Source: Bdellovibrio sp. (GTDB taxonomy: Bacteria; Bdellovibrionota; Bdellovibrionia; Bdellovibrionales; Bdellovibrionaceae). Taken from it: a DNA stretch of 24,000 nt. The stretch is from NCBI GenBank assembly GCA_036677065.1, contig JAKFBS010000001.1:616137-640136 (forward strand), written 5' to 3'. Below, piece after piece: positions 1-6,103 of this stretch. The position numbers and the translations under genes were made by a program. The notes under the pieces are model-generated. The model did no database searches and was not told where the DNA came from. It was given only the letters and a program-made list of their open reading frames with translations. How positions within the stretch are numbered: position 1 is the stretch's first letter; each line of letters begins with the position of its first letter.

Positions 1-690
1 ACAGAGCACGCTAAAGGCGCTGAAGTAAAAGATTTAAAAGAATTCTGGCATGTCGGTCGCGAAGTTCCAGACGATCACCAGTTTTCTAAATACTATCCAA
101 AAAATATTTGGCCAGATGATAATCTTGCCGAATTTCGCCCGGTGTTCGAGAAATTGTTCGCGCAATTAGAAACTGCCGGCATCCAAATGATGGAAGCTTT
201 AACTTATCCGTTAGAAGTTGAAAAAACTTATTTTAAAAATATGGTTCAAGAAGGTAATTCGATTTTACGTTTACTTCATTACCCACCGATTCCTGAAGGC
301 ACTGATCCTCGTTGCATCCGCGCTGCGGCTCACGAAGATATTAACTTTATCACGATCTTACCTGCGGCTACGCAATCGGGCCTGCAATTAAAAGATCGCG
401 ATGGCACATGGTTAGACATCGAATCTGATTTTGGCACATTGATCGTTGATGCTGGTGACATGTTAGCGCGTATCACGAATGAAGTGATTCCATCGACTAC
501 TCACCGTGTGATTAACCCGCAAGATGGTACGAATAAATCTCGTTATTCAATGCCATTCTTCATGCATCCACACCCAGAAAGCTTATTAAGCTGTCTGCCT
601 TCATGTCGCGGTGCTGGGGCTAAATACCCGGATATCACGGGTCACGAGTTCTTAATGCAAAGACTTCGCGAAATCGGCTTAATCAAATAG
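1..690 (+). CDS. 2OG-Fe(II) oxygenase (isopenicillin-N-synthase-like family), 5'-truncated by the window edge
   Basis: Frame 1 is open from nt 1 (TEHAKGAEVKDLKEFWHVG...) into tracked ORF 142..690. It has LLHYPPIP, an HxD (AAHEDINFITIL), a distal His (STTHRV) and an RYS motif, matching the 2OG/Fe(II) facial triad plus 2OG-binding Arg. An intrinsic terminator follows. Confidence 0.85.
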   Translation, partial: TEHAKGAEVKDLKEFWHVGREVPDDHQFSKYYPKNIWPDDNLAEFRPVFEKLFAQLETAGIQMMEALTYPLEVEKTYFKNMVQEGNSILRLLHYPPIPEGTDPRCIRAAAHEDINFITILPAATQSGLQLKDRDGTWLDIESDFGTLIVDAGDMLARITNEVIPSTTHRVINPQDGTNKSRYSMPFFMHPHPESLLSCLPSCRGAGAKYPDITGHEFLMQRLREIGLIK

Positions 691-718
691 TTTTAAATCG
701 TTACCCAAGCAAAAAAAT

Positions 719-751
719 AACGCAGGGTCTAGTAAGACCACTGCGTTTTTT
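719..751 (+). terminator. Rho-independent terminator after the oxygenase gene
   Basis: Stem cgcagggtc (721-729) pairs with gacc-a-ctgcg (736-745) around loop tagtaa, followed by T6 (746-751). An A-run at 711-717 precedes it. Confidence 0.8.
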
Positions 752-784
752 GCTTTTGGCCTCTAGTAATGGTTTCATTAAGAC

Positions 785-1444
785 ATGAAAACATTTCTTT
801 TAATTTTATTGTCGTTAGTTTGCGTTGCCCAAAACTCTTTGGCCGCCGAGCCAGCATACTGTAATCCAGAAACTTTTTTTGAAAAAGAAATTGAAACACA
901 AGCTGGGATTTGGCGTCATCACACCTTTAGATTTGGCGATGTGATTTTATTAGGTGGAGCGATCGGCTACAGTAATCCATTAAAGATCACAGGCTTTGCC
1001 GAAGAAAATTCGACAGCAACATCAGCAGAAAAGTACTGCACTTGGTATTACAACGACGGCAATGATTTTGCCTCTACTTTGTTTAACCATCATTACGTGA
1101 CCAATCCGCAAAAAGTGACAGAAATTACTGGTCCGCAAGAGTATCGTGAAGTTTTAAAAGATCAGTTTGCAAAAGCTAACTTGAGTTTTTTATCATGTTT
1201 AGAAAATCATAAATACCTGGCGATGGGCTGTAATGGTCAAATGCACCGTGGGCCTACAGTCTTTGGAATGTTGTTAAGCTTTTCGGGCTGTAGTTCGAAA
1301 AATTCTTTAGCGATCGTAAATAAGTTGTGGGGTAAGAACGGCGTTAAACCAGAAGTTCGCCAGGCGATTATCGAAGAAGGTTATAAGCTAGGAAACGATG
1401 ATCCGCAGGCTCGTTTAAGAATGCAAAAGGTTCTGGGTTATTAG
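785..1444 (+). CDS. Secreted CX5R (Cys-based PTP/DSP-like) phosphatase candidate, paralog A
   Basis: 219 aa with signal peptide MKTFLLILLSLVCVAQNSLA|AEP. P-loop-like YLAMGCNGQMHRGPTVFGMLL has Cys codon 1229-1231 and Arg codon 1247-1249. The CDS call is strong; the function is motif-level only. Confidence 0.65.
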   Translation: MKTFLLILLSLVCVAQNSLAAEPAYCNPETFFEKEIETQAGIWRHHTFRFGDVILLGGAIGYSNPLKITGFAEENSTATSAEKYCTWYYNDGNDFASTLFNHHYVTNPQKVTEITGPQEYREVLKDQFAKANLSFLSCLENHKYLAMGCNGQMHRGPTVFGMLLSFSGCSSKNSLAIVNKLWGKNGVKPEVRQAIIEEGYKLGNDDPQARLRMQKVLGY

Positions 1445-1449
1445 TTCAA

Positions 1450-1467
1450 AGGCTAGTTTTCTAGCCT
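1450..1467 (+). other. Perfect 7-bp stem-loop between the two paralogs (no U-tract)
   Basis: aggctag-tttt-ctagcct lies 6 nt after the paralog A stop. It may be a weak terminator or RNA processing site. Confidence 0.35.
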
Positions 1468-1540
1468 AAGGTCTGCTGAATTTACGCGACTTTCATACCG
1501 ATAGGATAGGGATTCAATAACCCTAACCATTGGATGTATA

Positions 1541-2200
1541 ATGAAAGCATTTCTATTAATTTTATTATCTGTAGTTACTTTAGCCCAGGTCGTTGCTGCT
1601 TCAGAGCCGGCTTATTGCGAACCTGAAAACTTTTTTAAGAAAGAATTTGATCCACACGAAAATATTTGGCGCGATCATGCGTTTAAGTTCGGTGATGTTG
1701 TTTTATTAGGTGGAGCGATCGGCTACAGTAACTCGCGCAAAGTGGCTGAATTTGCAGAAGAAAATTCAACAGCTTCGGCAGCCGAAAAATACTGTACTTG
1801 GTACTACAACGAAGGCAACGACAATGCGGCGGGGTTATTTAACCATCATTTCGTTTCGAATCCTAAAAAAGTCACGACGGTCACAGGCCCTAAAGAGTAT
1901 CGCGCAGTTTTAAAAGATCAGTTTGCAAAATCAAAGAACAGTTTTTTATCGTGTTTAGAAAAGCATAAAATTTTAGTGATGGGCTGTAATGGCCAAATGC
2001 ACCGCGGACCAACCGTGTTCGGAATGTTATTGGGCTTTTCGGGTTGTAGCTCGAAAAATGCATTAACGATCGTAAATAAGCTTTGGGGTAAAAATGGTGT
2101 TAAACCAGAAGTGCGCCAGGCAATTATCGAAGAAGGTTACAAGTTAGGAAGCGAAGACCCAGAGGCCCGCCTAAGAATGCAAAAAGCCTTAGGTTACTAA
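1541..2200 (+). CDS. Secreted CX5R (Cys-based PTP/DSP-like) phosphatase candidate, paralog B
   Basis: 219 aa with signal peptide MKAFLLILLSVVTLAQVVAA|SEP and the identical P-loop ILVMGCNGQMHRGPTVFGMLL (Cys codon 1985-1987). It aligns without gaps to paralog A. Confidence 0.65.
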   Translation: MKAFLLILLSVVTLAQVVAASEPAYCEPENFFKKEFDPHENIWRDHAFKFGDVVLLGGAIGYSNSRKVAEFAEENSTASAAEKYCTWYYNEGNDNAAGLFNHHFVSNPKKVTTVTGPKEYRAVLKDQFAKSKNSFLSCLEKHKILVMGCNGQMHRGPTVFGMLLGFSGCSSKNALTIVNKLWGKNGVKPEVRQAIIEEGYKLGSEDPEARLRMQKALGY

Positions 2201-2253
2201 GAGCAGGTAGTCTAAGGTTGTCGGTAAAGTAAAAAAAGAGTAATCTTACTTAC

Positions 2254-3030
2254 ATGAGAAAAGATTTGTTATTAGGAATTGGAGCCACGTTATTTGCGAT
2301 GGCTCTTTTTTATTTCGCGGATAATCCAACTGCAAAATTAAATATCGGAAAAAATAAAATTGATTCTGATGGCGACTACGGCGTGCCAGCCAATAAAAAA
2401 ATATTAAATGACGAAGTGGCTGAAGCTCAGGCAGCTATATCTGCACGCTCGGCGGTTTCAGCACCTTCAGAAGCTCTGAAGGCGGGAACGGCTCGTGATA
2501 CCATTTCAAAAAATTTCGTAGAGCACTTAAAAACCATCGGCACCTGTTTGAAAATCAATCCTGCGATTGATAACCCAACAATCGAACCTACGTATGATAA
2601 CTTGTTAATTAGCCTTCGTCCGGCCATTGGTGAGCTTGTGGTGCAAATGGATGACTGGACGCAGATGGATCTGCAAAGTCCCGATGGCAGCCGTAAGCGC
2701 ATCCGTACAGAGGTAAATTACGAAAACCCGAATGCTCCGGTTAAGTACGTGCAGCTTTATCATATCAACGATCAGGGTTTTCCTGAAATGCAGCAAGTTG
2801 ACGCTGAAAAAGCGCGTAATCCATCAGATGATTATATTAATTATTTACGTGGTGGTGCTGATTTAATGTTAAATGAACGCGGAAGCCGCGTGTATTTTCA
2901 AGAGGGCGAAGAGATCGTTCTTGTTGAAAGATCTGGTGTGATTGAATCTTTTTCATTAAGCAAAAACGGAAAAACAGTCAGTTGCACTGGCTTAGATGCC
3001 ATCAATTCGAACTGTCAGTGTGTTCAATAG
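2254..3030 (+). CDS. Hypothetical exported or membrane-anchored protein
   Basis: 258 aa. The N-terminal hydrophobic segment LLLGIGATLFAMALFYFA could be a signal anchor or signal peptide. Three C-terminal Cys (SCTGLDAINSNCQC). No family recognised. Confidence 0.65.
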   Translation: MRKDLLLGIGATLFAMALFYFADNPTAKLNIGKNKIDSDGDYGVPANKKILNDEVAEAQAAISARSAVSAPSEALKAGTARDTISKNFVEHLKTIGTCLKINPAIDNPTIEPTYDNLLISLRPAIGELVVQMDDWTQMDLQSPDGSRKRIRTEVNYENPNAPVKYVQLYHINDQGFPEMQQVDAEKARNPSDDYINYLRGGADLMLNERGSRVYFQEGEEIVLVERSGVIESFSLSKNGKTVSCTGLDAINSNCQCVQ

Positions 3031-3075
3031 CGTGTCTTCGACACGACAATAACGTGATCGCTTTAAGCGATCACG
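3031..3075 (+). terminator. Two consecutive perfect hairpins directly after the 2254..3030 stop (no U-tract)
   Basis: cgtgtc-ttc-gacacg (3031-3045) and cgtgatcgc-tttaa-gcgatcacg (3053-3075, 9-bp stem). This is terminator-like, but no T-run follows. Confidence 0.45.
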
Positions 3076-3355
3076 ATGTGAGTTACGATAAGAGCAGCAA
3101 GTACAACCATTAATGACATATTTAAGTTATTCATAGGATTATTCCCCTTTCTTGGATCTATACATAGAACTATTTTTACTACATTTCCACTGTCATAATC
3201 CTGACAGGCATTAACTTCATGAAGTGACAAATATCGAAAATTAGATGTCATCTGATTAGACGATTGGGTTTCTATGCCCGTTAAAATTAAGCTTATTGTG
3301 GCCAGTAAAGTGCTTTAAAACCTTCGGAACCCTAAAAGGGCTGAAGGACGTATTT

Positions 3356-4909
3356 GTGAAAAAGCTTGGAATCTATCTGTTTTTAGCGATTTTATTGCAG
3401 AGTTTTACTGCCTCAGCAGATCTTTGGACTGTGACCCAACAGTGGTCGCCAGAGCTTGAAACCCAGTATCAAGAGTGGGTAAAAACCAATGCTAAAGTCG
3501 ACATGTTTTCGCGTGAATTTTTAGATGCAAAAAAAACTGTTTTAAATCCTTATTACGGCATGACTACTGACTGTGCTGATACGGTTTACGCTTTACGTGT
3601 TATTTTCTCTTTCGAAAATGGTCTTCCATGGGCTATTAGAAATCCCGCAAGCCCTAAAAAGGTGATTGCGCAAACGATGAAGCGTTTTGATAGTTATCCA
3701 GAAGGCGTTCCGCGCTTGCGAGCTTTTTTCAATATGCTATTTGATATCGTAAGTACAACTAGCTTACAGCACGACACTTATCCTGTTTCGATTAATAAAA
3801 TTCATCCAGGCGTGATTATTTTAACTGCGAAAATCAACCATCACTCGTGGACGATTGCAGGTATCGACGCTAAAGGAAATCCTCGTTTAGTGTATAACTC
3901 GGTTGTTGGTAAAGCTTCAGGTTCTAAATTACAACAGCGTTCAAGCTGGCCAAATCCGTTCTGGGTATTTCAGCCAGATGAAAAGCTAACAGATCCAAAT
4001 GATCCATTGTCTGCAAAATTTAAAGTTCCGGTTTATGTACTTGATAGCTATGCAGGATTTCGTTACTGGATTCCGATTGATAAATTAACAACTGATATAC
4101 GCTTGCTTCCTGAATACAGCAACGATCAGTATGAGCTGGATTTAAAATCGTGGAAACAAACTATTCAATCTAAATTAGCGACTAAAAAAGAATCTCTGCA
4201 AGAAGTGGTCGAGCGCCTGTTAAAAGATGCTTGTGATGATGTTAAGCAACGTATTACAGCAGTTGATGAAGCGGATCACTACAGAAAATTATTAAAACAA
4301 GCTCAAGAAAAAGAAGCAGCTTTGATTATGGCAAAAGCCAGCATGTTGCCGATCGAAGAAAAAGATCAAGACTTGTTAGATATTTTAAAAGAATACAATG
4401 CTGATAAAAATGCTCTGGCTAATCCGCAGTGTTTAACGGCGAAACAATACGACCAACTTTCAACACCAAGCCGTGATAAACGTTTATTTGATGCCGTGAT
4501 GTTAGCGCGCGCTTACTTTGTGCACGCGATGGAAGTCGGCGGAACTAAAGCATTCAGTGCGATTCGTTTAAAGCAGTTTAAAAGAATTTTTGCTCGTCCG
4601 GATAAACCTGCACGCGTTGAATCTGATTTAGCAACGGCTCCGATTACAGCCGGCGAGCTTTCAATTTGTCGTGTGAAAATCGGTAAAGAAACTTTAGATA
4701 TGGCTGAAATTAAACGCCGCTTATTTAAAAGCTACCTGTCTTCGAATCCGAATGAAGATCTACTTGGTCGCTGGGGCGCCCGCGCAGCTAAGCCATCTGA
4801 ACTAGCGGCAAGCTGTTCGACTTACGGCGAAGTTTATAGCGCGTATGATTTAGATCAAGCCGAAGTTGAAGCACAGAATGAAATTCAAACTTTTAAAGGT
4901 ATGAACTAA
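3356..4909 (+). CDS. Secreted hypothetical protein, possible papain-like (NlpC/P60- or DUF1175-type) Cys/His N-domain plus helical C-domain
   Basis: I moved the start from track TTG 3296 to in-frame GTG 3356. AAGGA (3344-3348) lies 7 nt upstream, and this start yields signal peptide VKKLGIYLFLAILLQSFTASA|DLW. Motifs TDCADTVYALRVIF (Cys codon 3572-3574) and IHPGVIILTAKINHHSWTIAG (His codons 3839-3844) suggest a Cys...His hydrolase. That call is weak. Confidence 0.6.
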   Translation: MKKLGIYLFLAILLQSFTASADLWTVTQQWSPELETQYQEWVKTNAKVDMFSREFLDAKKTVLNPYYGMTTDCADTVYALRVIFSFENGLPWAIRNPASPKKVIAQTMKRFDSYPEGVPRLRAFFNMLFDIVSTTSLQHDTYPVSINKIHPGVIILTAKINHHSWTIAGIDAKGNPRLVYNSVVGKASGSKLQQRSSWPNPFWVFQPDEKLTDPNDPLSAKFKVPVYVLDSYAGFRYWIPIDKLTTDIRLLPEYSNDQYELDLKSWKQTIQSKLATKKESLQEVVERLLKDACDDVKQRITAVDEADHYRKLLKQAQEKEAALIMAKASMLPIEEKDQDLLDILKEYNADKNALANPQCLTAKQYDQLSTPSRDKRLFDAVMLARAYFVHAMEVGGTKAFSAIRLKQFKRIFARPDKPARVESDLATAPITAGELSICRVKIGKETLDMAEIKRRLFKSYLSSNPNEDLLGRWGARAAKPSELAASCSTYGEVYSAYDLDQAEVEAQNEIQTFKGMN

Positions 4910-4969
4910 AGTCCAGATTACACAGTAGTCCTCTGGGGAAAAGCTCATGACTTCGATAAACTAGAGGTC

Positions 4970-6073
4970 ATGAAGTATTTATTATTTTACACGATGGTTT
5001 TGCTTTCGACTGCGGTCAAAGCTGAGATTGTCGAATTCAAATTACAAACTGAAAATCAAGCCTGCAAAGGGCTTTCACAAGTTGTTATTACTCAGGATAA
5101 AGTGGTGTTGTATCAACTTGAAGTTCCGATGTATGGAACGGGCCAAATTCACTTACTAACTGGCAACTACCAAATCGATGTGATCAATAAAGAAGGTTGC
5201 ACTTATCAGAACCTTATTCAAATTTCTGATCTGCCAAATAAATTGATCGAAGTAAAATTAGAAATGCAACCGCGCAAGCCCGCAATGACTTTAGAAGCTT
5301 CTGGCGGCATGACTCAGGGTTTTAATCCGATGAGCTATAATTTATGGCCGTCACCCTGGTGGGGTGGCTGGGGTTATAACCAATTTAACACGCAATTTTA
5401 TTCTCCCTGTGGTTGGAGCATGTATGGCTGCAGTGGTAATTCTTATCCGCACAACGGCAATATCGCTATGGGAAAACCGAATATTTATTTCGCCGGCAAA
5501 GATGAAGGAAAATTTAAATTAAAATTTACAGACGATAATTTTAATTTTTTAGCAACAGTTCCAAGTTTTAAAGGCAAAGAAATTGGCGGCGAACTTCGTA
5601 AAGGCAGTATTTATAACGAGAACACGTGGTATCCGTATTTATTTTACGATGCCCGTATCAACGATGACCACTTACAAAACAACCAAGGCTTTTGCGGAAC
5701 CCGTAAAGAGATCTTTCAATTTATGATGGAAGGTTTAAAAAAATACGAATTTCCAAATGAAGCCAGAACCGATTTTGCAGAATACTGGTCAGTTAAAATC
5801 CCTGAAGCCTTACGCTACTGCGTTTTTCCCCAAGCTAGTGCACAGTTAGATAAAGCAGCGCCGCTAGAAATTACTTTTGATGATAAATCACAAGTGCAAA
5901 CTGAAAGACTATTCTATTTAGTGATTCCGCAAGACTACAAAGGTAAACGTATTCCTGCTAAGTCGAATAAGTTTTCAGATAAACCAAAAAATACATGGAA
6001 GCACTATTCACGCACCGTGATTCCAAAAATGGCTTACATCTATGAATGGGGCGTGGGATTTATTTTCGAATAA
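4970..6073 (+). CDS. Secreted hypothetical protein
   Basis: 367 aa with signal peptide MKYLLFYTMVLLSTAVKA|EIV and AGAGG just upstream. It contains a W/G/Y/N-rich segment (WPSPWWGGWGYNQFNTQFYSPCGWSMYGCSG). No family recognised. Confidence 0.7.
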   Translation: MKYLLFYTMVLLSTAVKAEIVEFKLQTENQACKGLSQVVITQDKVVLYQLEVPMYGTGQIHLLTGNYQIDVINKEGCTYQNLIQISDLPNKLIEVKLEMQPRKPAMTLEASGGMTQGFNPMSYNLWPSPWWGGWGYNQFNTQFYSPCGWSMYGCSGNSYPHNGNIAMGKPNIYFAGKDEGKFKLKFTDDNFNFLATVPSFKGKEIGGELRKGSIYNENTWYPYLFYDARINDDHLQNNQGFCGTRKEIFQFMMEGLKKYEFPNEARTDFAEYWSVKIPEALRYCVFPQASAQLDKAAPLEITFDDKSQVQTERLFYLVIPQDYKGKRIPAKSNKFSDKPKNTWKHYSRTVIPKMAYIYEWGVGFIFE

Positions 6074-6099
6074 AAAAAGGGGCTTTTAAGGCCCCTTTT
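6072..6099. terminator. Bidirectional rho-independent terminator shared by convergent genes 4970..6073 (+) and valS (-)
   Basis: A7 (6072-6078), then stem ggggc(tt) pairing with (ag)gcccc around a 3-nt loop (6079-6095), then T4 (6096-6099). It sits exactly between the two stop codons. Confidence 0.85.
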
Positions 6100-6103
6100 C
6101 ATT

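Larger units (their letters stand above)
785..2200 (+). repeat. Tandem gene duplication (start-to-start offset 756 nt)
   Basis: Two equal-length 660-nt CDSs align gaplessly, 167/219 aa identical by hand count. Long near-identical nucleotide runs occur, e.g. ttaggtggagcgatcggctacagtaa in both copies. Confidence 0.9.

Noticed and set aside
785-2200. The tandem paralogs as a possible assembly artefact or collapsed repeat
   Set aside because: The copies differ at 52 of 219 residues and have different intergenic flanks. They are genuine diverged paralogs.
1710-2796. Track ORFs 1710..1913 (+), 2427..2702 (-) and 2605..2796 (-)
   Set aside because: They are out-of-frame or antisense and lie wholly inside better-supported CDSs. 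They have unusual composition, no SD and no motifs.
3063-3251. Full-length 62-aa minus-strand ORF in the 3031-3355 spacer
   Set aside because: No SD precedes ATG 3251 and the N-terminal two-thirds have no features. Only the SD-preceded 23-codon 3' portion is kept, as a low-confidence finding.
3296-3355. TTG 3296 start of the 537-aa ORF
   Set aside because: It adds 20 residues before the signal peptide and has no SD. GTG 3356 with AAGGA upstream yields a canonical signal peptide.
4945-4973. 7-bp inverted repeat tcatgac...gtcatga that would sequester the SD and ATG of gene 4970..6073
   Set aside because: It is a short stem with a 15-nt loop, and chance occurrence is plausible in this composition. 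There is no supporting evidence for regulation.
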